Positions 10,643 to 21,300 of a stretch of DNA of 64,000 nt are shown one piece after another; positions within the stretch are counted from its first letter, which is position 1; the number at the start of each line of letters is the position of its first letter. Both the position numbers and the translations under genes were made by a program. The notes below the pieces were generated by a model. It made no database searches and was not told where the DNA came from. It saw only the letters and a program-made list of their open reading frames with translations. Source of the stretch: Spirochaetota bacterium (GTDB lineage Bacteria > Spirochaetota > UBA12135 > COTS27 > CBDBHE01); assembly GCA_965205605.1 (NCBI GenBank), contig CBDBHE010000007.1, forward strand, positions 32,001 through 96,000, written 5' to 3'.

Positions 10643-11605
10643 TCAAGATATTAATTTGTTTTTAGAAGTATTTAAAAAAATTTTAGCCCGATACCATATA
10701 AACAACCCAAGTGAAAGACTAAAAATCCATAAAAAAAATTCAATCCAATTAGGGTTGGAATTATACCCAAAAAATATTTTTAAATACATTCCTATTAAAC
10801 CTTTATCATGAAAATAGTGATAATATTTACCATCTTTATATTGATAAAAAAATACCCAATCTTTTTCACTTAAAGTTTTTTTAGGCTTTAAAATATCCCA
10901 AGGTCGTTTAATCTGATCAGCTGCTTTAATAATCACTTGTTGATTTTCATCAACTTTATCTTTAATACCAAAAAATTTTAATTGATCGCTTTTCACAAAA
11001 AACTCTTCTATCTCATGAGTCCCATAAGTAATCATTCCAGAAGCAAAAATAATTAAAAGTAAAGTCGTTACCGTAAAAAGAGGTTTTAAAGAAAGCTTTT
11101 TCCCCTTTACAAAAATTAAATAACCAACCAAAATCGCCAGAAAAAACCCTAAAAAAAACCCTAAATAAGAAAATTTTTCAGCAATGTTAAACGAAGAAAT
11201 TAAAAAAATTGCTGTTTCAAAACCTTCTCTTAAAACAGCAAAAAAAGCCATTAAAAACACAATCGAATAACGCCTTAATGTATGCGCTTTATGCGTTTTT
11301 TCTTTTATTTCTTCCTGATATTTCGTAATACTTCCAAGCCAAACGACCAAATAAAAAATAAGCCCTCCTGCAAGATACATCATAAGACCTTCAAAGAGCT
11401 TTTCTACAAAATGATGATCCATCATACGGTTAATCACAATAAGAAAATAAGCACAAAGAATAGACCCTAAAAGACCTAAAGCAGCCCCAAGAACAGTATA
11501 AAAAACACCTTTTTTATCATTAAATTTATTAAATAAAATGAGAATCAATCCAATAATAATAGAAAACTCTAAGGTTTCTCTAAAAACAATTAAAAATTCG
11601 TTCAT
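10643..11605 (-). CDS. FTR1/EfeU-family iron permease
   Basis: Two RExxE motifs (FRETLE, LREGFE), multiple TM helices. Confidence 0.9.
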   Translation of the reverse strand: MNEFLIVFRETLEFSIIIGLILILFNKFNDKKGVFYTVLGAALGLLGSILCAYFLIVINRMMDHHFVEKLFEGLMMYLAGGLIFYLVVWLGSITKYQEEIKEKTHKAHTLRRYSIVFLMAFFAVLREGFETAIFLISSFNIAEKFSYLGFFLGFFLAILVGYLIFVKGKKLSLKPLFTVTTLLLIIFASGMITYGTHEIEEFFVKSDQLKFFGIKDKVDENQQVIIKAADQIKRPWDILKPKKTLSEKDWVFFYQYKDGKYYHYFHDKGLIGMYLKIFFGYNSNPNWIEFFLWIFSLSLGLFIWYRAKIFLNTSKNKLIS

Positions 11606-11631
11606 AAGTTTTTTCTAAGAAATTAAGTTAA

Positions 11632-11690
11632 TTTTTTGAAAAAAAGTTAACTTGAAGAAACATTTTACACTTTTTGAAAAAAAAATGCAA
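11632..11690 (-). promoter_or_regulatory. Putative sigma70 promoter plus palindromic operator, copy 2 (upstream of FTR1 gene)
   Basis: Minus-strand TTGCAT (11690-11685), 17-bp spacer, TAAAAT (11667-11662); palindrome AAGTTAACTT at 11644-11653. Confidence 0.65.
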
Positions 11691-11699
11691 AAAAAAGGA

Positions 11700-12449
11700 T
11701 TATTTTTTATTTTTAGGTTTGTAATATTTCCATTTTCTTCCAAGGATATCAGCTAGCTTTTTTTCTAAAGCTTTGACTTGCAACAAAACTTTCTGCATTT
11801 CCTTATCTAAGTGAGACAGTTGATCAGCAAGATAATACGGATTTTCTTTTTCTAAAAATCGATTAAAAGATTGAACATTCTCCCCAATCTTAGCTAAAAG
11901 ATCCTCCATTCCCCAATAAGGACCCTTAATACGAATATAATTATTTTTAGAAAAAATTCTAAAATCATAAAATAAAGTTTGCTCATAATAAAACCGAAAT
12001 CCCGATGGTAAAGATTCTTTAAATCCTACTATGTCAGATTTGACTTTTTTAGGATAAATAACGAAACTTAGTTTTTCATCCCCTTCATAATAAAAAGTAA
12101 TTTTATCAAAAGTCATCATTTTGTTTTGATAAAACATATCAATGGTTTCTTTAATTAAGTCTTGAGTTGGTTTTAAAAGATTGTTTTTATAATTTACAAA
12201 AACCGTTACTTTATTTTTGTAATTCAATTTAAAAACTTTATAATACTTACTAACTTTAAAATCAACCTCTTTTAATTCTGCTACAAACCATTTATCGTTT
12301 TCAGACTTTACGGCAGAAGCTTTATTTTTATTTTTTAAGATTTTTTTTTTTGTGAGTGTCTTTTTATTATTCTTCAAAGGTTTATTCTGAGAAAAAACAC
12401 CTGAAAACAGTAAAAATAAAAAAGTGGTGGACATTATTAACTTAATCAT
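11700..12449 (-). CDS. Exported hypothetical protein with C-terminal coiled coil
   Basis: Signal peptide (FLFLLFSGVFS-Q), RBS-like AAGGA upstream, last gene of the cyclase operon. Confidence 0.7.
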   Translation of the reverse strand: MIKLIMSTTFLFLLFSGVFSQNKPLKNNKKTLTKKKILKNKNKASAVKSENDKWFVAELKEVDFKVSKYYKVFKLNYKNKVTVFVNYKNNLLKPTQDLIKETIDMFYQNKMMTFDKITFYYEGDEKLSFVIYPKKVKSDIVGFKESLPSGFRFYYEQTLFYDFRIFSKNNYIRIKGPYWGMEDLLAKIGENVQSFNRFLEKENPYYLADQLSHLDKEMQKVLLQVKALEKKLADILGRKWKYYKPKNKK

Positions 12450-12475
12450 TTTTTTTTAATTCCTTTATATCTTGT

Positions 12476-13552
12476 TTATAAAAAAAGTACAATACTATCT
12501 AAAGACTCTATTTTTTCACTACTTTCATCAGGAGAAATCCATTTGATAACTTCTCCTTCAAAAGAATTGTCTTTTTTTCTAACTAAAATTTCTGCTTTAA
12601 GATTATCATTTTTTCCAATAACATGAGCCTTTGTGTTATTTTTCACTTTGTCATAAAGAGGGTGAATATAAAGCTGAAGAATCTTCCCTTTAATATTTAA
12701 AACAATGCCAACTTGTCCCGTTTTATGCATATAATAATTAATACTTTTACGATAATTATCGATTTCATTTTCATATTTATTTTTTAAATTACGAACAAAA
12801 ATATCAAAGGTTTTTTTTCTTTCTAAAAGGATTTTATCAAAGTTTTCTTCTGCTATTTCTAAATCAGACAAAACGAGATTTACGGCTGCTTTAATTTTAA
12901 GATCCATCAACTTTTTATTATTATCAATAGCAGTATCTCCATCTCCAATAATATTTTTATTTTTTTTCTTTTCTAATAAAATTTTTTGTTGAATTACGGC
13001 AATATCCACACTATTTTTTCTAAATTTTTTTGCAAAAAAAGTCGTAAGTCTAGTAATGTGATAATTAGATTTTATGTCTAAATCGTTGAGTTTTTTTTCA
13101 AATAAAGCCGGATCTATTTCTTCTTTTTCTAAAAGCTCCCTTTTGAAAGCATGAAGGCTTTTATGTTTCTTAAAAGCTCTCTTTTTTCTTCTTAATATTT
13201 CATCTTTTTGAGAAAGGAACCCATCAAGTTCATTTTTTAAATCTCTGATTTTAAAATTAACATCTTGAATATCAATAGTCGCAAAATCATTAATACCAAG
13301 ACCAGCATCTTGTTCCTGACCTTTTTCCTTAATAAAACTAGCCCCAAAAAAGGAAAAAAGAAAAAAACAACTCACAAAACTCAACATGATGATAGGAATA
13401 AAAAAATTTTTCTTTTTCTTTAATTTTAAAATTTCTTCATTAAGAAAATAATCTGTTTTCTTTTCAACTCTTTGTCTAACTGCTTTTGCATCAACTGATA
13501 AAAAAGCTTCTTTAATTTCAGTAATAATTTTTTCTTTATTTGTCTTACTCAT
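12476..13552 (-). CDS. Single-TM coiled-coil hypothetical protein with small C-terminal beta domain
   Basis: ATG at 13552 overlaps the cyclase TGA (ATGA); one TM segment, long heptad-rich region, beta-rich C-terminus. Confidence 0.7.
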   Translation of the reverse strand: MSKTNKEKIITEIKEAFLSVDAKAVRQRVEKKTDYFLNEEILKLKKKKNFFIPIIMLSFVSCFFLFSFFGASFIKEKGQEQDAGLGINDFATIDIQDVNFKIRDLKNELDGFLSQKDEILRRKKRAFKKHKSLHAFKRELLEKEEIDPALFEKKLNDLDIKSNYHITRLTTFFAKKFRKNSVDIAVIQQKILLEKKKNKNIIGDGDTAIDNNKKLMDLKIKAAVNLVLSDLEIAEENFDKILLERKKTFDIFVRNLKNKYENEIDNYRKSINYYMHKTGQVGIVLNIKGKILQLYIHPLYDKVKNNTKAHVIGKNDNLKAEILVRKKDNSFEGEVIKWISPDESSEKIESLDSIVLFL

Positions 13553-15282
13553 TTTTTGGTCATCTCCCAAATTCCTTGCCAATTAGGAGGGACTTTCATC
13601 TTTGTTCTCTTTAAAAATTCATCCTTTATAGGAAGATCTATTTTTTCTAAAAGCTCATTGGCTTGCTTCCAATCGCCTTGATAATATTTTTTCAAAGCAA
13701 TTTTAAAAGCATCCATATTTTTAACCTGCTTTGGTGAAACCATATTTTTATAAACAGGCCAGTAAACTTTACTAAACTCTCTCTTCCCTTTTACTCGCAC
13801 CATATCAATTTCCAAGAAAATGATATCATGATTTAAAACATTTTTTTCAATATCCTCCTTAATAAAAGAAGAACAAATTACAGGGACTTTATACACTCGC
13901 GTCAGACTCTCTAAACGAGAAGCCGAATTAACCCTATCCCCGATAACCGTATTTGTCATTTGCCTATTTGAACCAATATTCCCATAAAAAACTTCTCCCA
14001 TATCTAAACCAACACCCACATCAATTAAAATAGCCTTATAAATATTTTCTTCTTCTTCAGTGAAATCTCTTCCTTTTGTTTTTAAAAGCTCTTTTTTTCT
14101 TTCTTCCATTTTAGATCTAAAACCTAAAGTAGAGTTAATGATTTTATAAGCAGATAAAAGAGCTTGATAAGATTTATTTTTCTTTTTACTACTAAACGTG
14201 CCATAAATAGCCAACAAAGCATCTCCGATAATAGCTCCCATAATGCCTTCTTCTTCAATAATATTTGAAATCGCTTTATCATAATGAATGTTAAGTAATT
14301 CAATAATATCACTACCTAAGGTTTCTGTAATAAAAGTAAAACTTTTAATATCTGTAAAAAGAATCGCTAGTTCTTTTTTGCTTCCTTCAAGCCGAATGTC
14401 TTTTTCTTTATAAATTTTTTCAACAAGGTCATCACTAACGAATTTTCTAAAAATAGTAATTAAATTATTAATCGTACTAGAAAGAGCATTAAAAGACATC
14501 CCTAAATAAGTAATTTGATCCACAGGAGCATTTTTTAAATCAACATATTCAATTTTTTGACTCCGGTTCATGCCCATTAAAGCATTTGTAATATAACCGA
14601 TAAAGCGAAGAATACTCCTCATAACAATAAGCCCTAAAATAGAACAAATAAAAGTAAGAATAATGATAATAAAGACTATATTCTTAAAAGCTTTTTTACT
14701 TTCTGCTTGGAATTCATTTGTTTCTTCGGCTTTTAAAATAAAAAGCTTCCAATCAGGGTGATATTTATAAACACCATAGTATTCTCTATTTAGAAAATTA
14801 AAAGAAAGGATCCCTTCGCCTTTATCTTGTTTATCATTTTTATCGATACCAATAGTTGTAAAATGAAGTTTTTTGTAATCTTTAAATTTTTCTTCTGAGC
14901 CAATTTTAGAAGAATAAAAAGCAATTTTTCCATTTTTTTCAATGCCTAAAATAATGGAATTTTTATTTTCTAAAAGACCATCTCCTATTTGAGTAATGGT
15001 CTTATAAGACTCTTGATTATTATTATTAGGTTGATATTTTTGAATTTTATATTGATTGCTTGTGAAGGTATAAATTTCTTTTAAATCTTTAATTAGAATT
15101 TTTTTTAAAAGCCTTGTCATAATCGATCGATTATAAGCCAAATTAAAATAATTAGTTGTGAAATTAGAAACAAAAATGAAAATAATAAAAACAAATAAAA
15201 TTTTAATCGTAACAGGAGTAATTCGAGCTTGCCCGATTTTTTCTCCTAAAATACTTTCAACTAATTTTTTAAAAAATGACAT
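13549..15282 (-). CDS. Membrane-bound class III adenylate/guanylate-type cyclase (2 TM, periplasmic sensor, HAMP-like linker)
   Basis: LFTDIKSFT, IIGDALL, YGNIGS, TVIGDRVNSASRLESL, VRVKGK. Confidence 0.9.
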   Translation of the reverse strand: MSFFKKLVESILGEKIGQARITPVTIKILFVFIIFIFVSNFTTNYFNLAYNRSIMTRLLKKILIKDLKEIYTFTSNQYKIQKYQPNNNNQESYKTITQIGDGLLENKNSIILGIEKNGKIAFYSSKIGSEEKFKDYKKLHFTTIGIDKNDKQDKGEGILSFNFLNREYYGVYKYHPDWKLFILKAEETNEFQAESKKAFKNIVFIIIILTFICSILGLIVMRSILRFIGYITNALMGMNRSQKIEYVDLKNAPVDQITYLGMSFNALSSTINNLITIFRKFVSDDLVEKIYKEKDIRLEGSKKELAILFTDIKSFTFITETLGSDIIELLNIHYDKAISNIIEEEGIMGAIIGDALLAIYGTFSSKKKNKSYQALLSAYKIINSTLGFRSKMEERKKELLKTKGRDFTEEEENIYKAILIDVGVGLDMGEVFYGNIGSNRQMTNTVIGDRVNSASRLESLTRVYKVPVICSSFIKEDIEKNVLNHDIIFLEIDMVRVKGKREFSKVYWPVYKNMVSPKQVKNMDAFKIALKKYYQGDWKQANELLEKIDLPIKDEFLKRTKMKVPPNWQGIWEMTKK

Positions 15283-15326
15283 GACTAAATAATGCTAGTA
15301 TCTTAAATTAATTAGAAACAACTCCT

Positions 15327-18300
15327 TTATTTGTCTTGTACATCGGTATTTTTTTTATGTTCATTAACTAAAAAAAACTCGACTCTTCGATTTTTCAAAT
15401 AATTAAGTTCTGTTAATTTTTTTCTTTCAGAAGAAGAAAACCGAGATCTTCTGATAACTTCTTGCTTCACAAGCAATTCTTTTTTACCTTTTCCTAAAAA
15501 AGAAAGCGTACTTGGCTCAACCCCACTTTTAATAAAATAATTATAAACTGCTTTCGATCGTTTTTCTGAAAGTTTCTGATTATATTCATCACTCCCTCTA
15601 GAATCTGTATGCCCCACAATTAATATATTATATCCTTTAAAACTAACTAAAACATCAAGTATTCTAGTTAAAATTTTCTGATAGTCTCCGACCATTTTAT
15701 CCGAATCAAAAACAAAATTAACCGTATTAATAATAATGCGAAACTTTCCATCTTGAGTGGTTTCGACTAAAAAACCAACTTTGATTTTTTTAGAAACTAA
15801 TTTCACATTCCCTGCCGCATCTGTTGTCTTAAGAACAATAGCATATTCTTGACCTGTTTTAAGATTTTTACCCTTTTTTTTATCATCCCAAGCAACATAA
15901 AGCAAATTGGTTAAAACACTTCCTTCCCACTCCCAAACTTGTAATGGATCTTCATCGAAACTCTTTAAAAATTTGGCTTGATTTGTCTCTCCTTTACGGA
16001 AATTAAATTTAGGTGCATTTTGATAAATGAGCAATTCTGTTTTACCAACACTCTGATTATCTTCACTTTCAACCCCAATCGTCAGTTGATTTAAATTTTC
16101 AACTTCTACAGAGGGCTTAAATTTACCTGATGCTTTAAGAAAAATAACAGGTGGCTTACTATCCACAATCAATTTAATTTTTTTAGAAACAATATTAATT
16201 CGATGCTTATATTTAGCCACTGCCCATATTTTATAAACATTATCTTCTCTCCAAAACGCTTCTTCAAGATTTTTATTTAGAATAATTGAAGATGGCTTTT
16301 TGTATGAAATGATATTAGTTATTATTTTTCTATTTCGCCTATTTCTAAAAGTAAAATAATAGTCAATCCCTTCAAAATATTTGAAGTTATCAAGAGTCGA
16401 CAATAATTTGATAGGGTTTTTCTCTGCCTTTAAATTAAAGTACCCTTCTCCCTCAGAAAAAAACAATTTAAGATTAGCTACGTTTTTTCGAATCAAAATT
16501 ACTTTCAAGGCTTCACTAGACCAAACATTATTTCCTCCATCTTTTGTAATTAAACGAATAAAATAAGTCCCTTCAGGAACATCTTTCCTATTGTCATCTT
16601 TTCCTTTCCAAACACATTTTCTTAAATCAAAATTCATTCCTTCAAGTGTAACCGTTTTACCTTTTTGATCCTTCACTTCAATCCAAACAGCGTTTCCTTT
16701 TCTCCATTTTTTAAAATCTTCTTTAGCGATATCTAGTTCAAACTGTTCATTAAAACCATCTCCATTAGGAGAAAAATAAAGATTTTTAAAAGAAAAATTA
16801 AGTTTCAAAGGCTCGGTATCAACCACAAAAAAACGACTAGTCGTTAAATTTTCATTGCCATCAAAAAACAAACTATATTCATACTTATAATCAGTCCCAT
16901 CTGAATATGGAAAAGGAGTTTTGTTATTATCAGGATAATTGACACCTTCCACATCATTTTTAAGCTCATATTTTTTAATGACTCTATCTCCTTTAAAAAC
17001 CCTTAAAAAACCTCTTAAAAACCGTTTTCTTGTTTCTAAAGGAAGATTAAAACTAACTGTAAAATAGTCCTTTTCTCCGTCTCCATTAGGCGAGATTCTC
17101 ACCAATTCAGAAGAGACGGAAACATTCACCTTTTTAGCAAAAACCCTAAATGCTTTAGTCCTAACTAAAGCTTCATTACCCGCCTTGTCAGTTACCTTTA
17201 ACTCATAAATATAATTACCACCTACAACACTTTCCCCTTTATTATCTAAACCCGCCCAATTAAAACTCCACTCTTCTTGAAAAGATTCTTTATTCTCAGG
17301 AGTAATCTCATAATTTTTACTTAAAAAAACTTGTCTTTTATTCGTCTTAGATGAAAAAATTTTTAGATTAATGCTCTTCACATTCCTATCTTGTGTTTCT
17401 TGGTAAAAGTTAATCGACCGATTGCCAGTTAAGCTCGTTTTATCTGTAATAAAAGAAGTTACGTCATGATTTAATGTTACCTTCGGCTTTGTGTTATCTA
17501 TCACAAAACTACCTGTAAACTTTAATACCTGTGCTCCATCAAACCAAAACTCACTATCATACCCATATTCCCCGTCTTGAAGCTTTTGGTTTTTAAAAGA
17601 GTACACTCTCTCTTTTTTTAAAAGATCCTTCACTTTTTCTTCATACACAACCTTCTTTACACCAGTCCCGTTTTTTTTATAAAAAACAATTTTTCCATCT
17701 TTGAAAATCTGACGACTTGCCTTGGGAAAACTAAAATTGAGTTTCAAAGCATCTAAAACATTATCTCCATTAAGAGAAATATACTTCGTTTTCGTTTCAA
17801 CGTTCCCCTTAGCTTTTTCTTTACATACCCTAAATGCTTTAGTCCTAACTAAAGCTTCATTACCCGCCTTGTCAGTTACCTTTAACTCATAAATATAATT
17901 ACCACCTACAACACTTTCCCCTTTATTATCTAAACCCGCCCAATTAAAACTCCACTCTTCTTGAAAAGATTCTTTATTCTCAGGAGTAATCTCATAATTT
18001 TTACTTAAAAAAACTTGTCTTTTATTCGTCTTAGATGAAAAAATTTTTAGATTAATGCTCTTCACATTCCTATCTTGTGTTTCTTGGTAAAAGTTAATCG
18101 ACCGATTGCCAGTTAAGCTCGTTTTATCTGTAATAAAAGAAGTTGCGTCATGATTTAATGTTACCTTCGGCTTTGTGTTATCTATCACAAAACTACCTGT
18201 AAACTTTAATACCTGTGCTCCATCAAACCAAAACTCACTATCATACCCATATTCCCCGTCTTGAAGCTTTTGGTTTTTAAAAGAGTACACTCTCTCTTTT

Positions 18301-21300
18301 TTTAAAAGATCCTTCACTTTTTCTTCATACACAACCTTCTTTACACCAGTCCCGTTTTTTTTATAAAAAACAATTTTTCCATCTTTGAAAATCTGACGAC
18401 TTGCCTTGGGAAAACTAAAATTGAGTTTCAAAGCATCTAAAACATTATCTCCATTAAGAGAAATATACTTCGTTTTCGTTTCAACGTTCCCCTTAGCTTT
18501 TTCTTTACATACCCTAAATGCTTTAGTCCTAACTAAAGCTTCATTACCCGCCTTGTCAGTTACCTTTAACTCATAAATATAATTACCACCTACAACACTT
18601 TCCCCTTTATTATCTAAACCCGCCCAATTAAAACTCCACTCTTCTTGAAAAGATTCTTTATTCTCAGGAGTAATCTCATAATTTTTACTTAAAAAAACTT
18701 GTCTTTTATTCGTCTTAGATGAAAAAATTTTTAGATTAATGCTCTTCACATTCCTATCTTGTGTTTCTTGGTAAAAGTTAATCGACCGATTGCCAGTTAA
18801 GCTCGTTTTATCTGTAATAAAAGAAGTTGCGTCATGATTTAATGTTACCTTCGGCTTTGTGTTATCTATCACAAAACTACCTGTAAACTTTAATACCTGT
18901 GCTCCATCAAACCAAAACTCACTATCATACCCATATTCCCCGTCTTGAAGCTTTTGGTTTTTAAAAGAGTACACTCTCTCTTTTTTTAAAAGATCCTTCA
19001 CTTTTTCTTCATACACAACCTTCTTTACACCAGTCCCGTTTTTTTTATAAAAAACAATTTTTCCATCTTTGAAAATCTGACGACTTGCCTTGGGAAAACT
19101 AAAATTGAGTTTCAAAGCATCTAAAACATTATCTCCATTAAGAGAAATATACTTCGTTTTCGTTTCAACGTTCCCCTTAGCTTTTTCTTTACATACCCTA
19201 AATGCTTTAGTCCTAACTAAAGCTTCATTACCCGCCTTGTCAGTTACCTTTAACTCATAAATATAATTACCACCTACAACACTTTCCCCTTTATTATCTA
19301 AACCCGCCCAATTAAAACTCCACTCTTCTTGAAAAGATTCTTTATTCTCAGGAGTAATCTCATAATTTTTACTTAAAAAAACTTGTCTTTTATTCGTCTT
19401 AGATGAAAAAATTTTTAGATTAATGCTCTTCACATTCCTATCTTGTGTTTCTTGGTAAAAGTTAATCGACCGATTGCCAGTTAAGCTCGTTTTATCTGTA
19501 ATAAAAGAAGTTGCGTCATGATTTAATGTTACCTTCGGCTTTGTGTTATCTATCACAAAACTACCTGTAAACTTTAATACCTGTGCTCCATCAAACCAAA
19601 ACTCACTATCATACCCATATTCCCCGTCTTGAAGCTTTTGGTTTTTAAAAGAGTACACTCTCTCTTTTTTTAAAAGATCCTTCACTTTTTCTTCATACAC
19701 AACCTTCTTTACACCAGTCCCGTTTTTTTTATAAAAAACAATTTTTCCATCTTTGAAAATCTGACGACTTGCCTTGGGAAAACTAAAATTGAGTTTCAAA
19801 GCATCTAAAACATTATCTCCATTAAGAGAAATATACTTCGTTTTCGTTTCAACGTTCCCCTTAGCTTTTTCTTTACATACCCTAAATGCTTTAGTCCTAA
19901 CTAAAGCTTCATTACCCGCCTTGTCAGTTACCTTTAACTCATAAATATAATTACCTGTCTTAACTTTAGTGCCTGTCTGATCATATCCATTCCAATGCCA
20001 TTTTTTTTCAAAAACACTTTTTGCTTTAAAAATCACATCTCCCTCAAACCATTCTTCTTCTGAAAAAACAACTTTTTTATTTTTTGGTGCATCTTTCAAA
20101 ACTCTAAACTTTAAAGAATGAAGATTTTTATCAATCAATTTATAGGTAAAAACAATCCCTTCTTTGTCTTGTAAAGTAGGATCTTCTGAAATAACAAACA
20201 CATTTCGATTTTTTTCAACAAAGATTTTTGGCAATGTGTTATCAATAATAAAAGTGCTTTGACTTTTTACTCTAAAACCTGTTTTGTAAAACGTTTTTAA
20301 ATTAGCAACATAAACCCCTTCTCTTAATTGATTGGCTTGTTTAAAAGCAAAAGTTTTTTTAAAAGTAGCCCTTTTTTGACTAAAAATAACAGTGTTTATT
20401 TTTTTATTAACAATAGAGAGCGTCTCATAATCTAAATTTCTTTGACTCTCTCTTTGAATATTAAAAACTAATGGAAGCTCTTTTTCCCCTCCTTTCTTTT
20501 TACTAAAATAACGAGGATTTTCAAAAGAAACTTTGGGGGGATTAATAAAAATTTTAAAAAATTGTTTTTTAGAAATAGATTTGTTATTTGCTAAATCCTT
20601 ACCTTTTAAAAAAACGGAATAATTTCCTTCTTCTAGCAATTGTCCTGACTTATCTTTCCCATCCCAATAAAAGCTAAATTGATGATTTTTTTTTAAAAAG
20701 TCATTTCCTTTAAATAATATTTCATTAACGATTTTTCCGTTTTTGTCTTCATTTAAAAATATAAGTTTTATTGTATCAAAAACACCGTAATAGCTCATCT
20801 TAAGATGCAGTTCAAGCTCTTCTTTTTCCCCATCTCCATTAGGAGAAAAAAAATCACTGATAATAGTTACTTTATTAACCGAAGGATCTTTATCTAAAAA
20901 CACTTTTCGAAAAGGTGTTGTGATCTTTTGTCCGTCTTCATCAATGGCTTCAACAAAGTATAAATAAAGTCCTTCAGAACAATCTATTTCTTTTTTATCA
21001 GACGTTTGCTCTTGTTTACCATCCCAAAAGACACTTTTTTGATCCAAGTAATCTTTTGAATCATAAGTTTTAATAATTTTGAGTTTATTAACATTTAGTT
21101 GGAGTACCTTAATAGTCCAATTAGTGATTTTAGGGTTTTTTAAAACTTCGTGTGAAAGTAAAATCGTGTCTCTATCGCCATCTCCATTAGGAGAAAAATA
21201 AAGAGCCGTTTCTCGAGGCATTGAAAAAGAACAAACAATTAAAGTAATTAAAAAAATTAAAAAAAATGTTTTTTTAATTTTAAAAATAAAGGTGAACATC

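Noticed and set aside
17143-19955. Long repeat array as CRISPR or mobile element
   Set aside because: It is an in-frame coding repeat with no spacers, cas genes, terminal inverted repeats or transposase.
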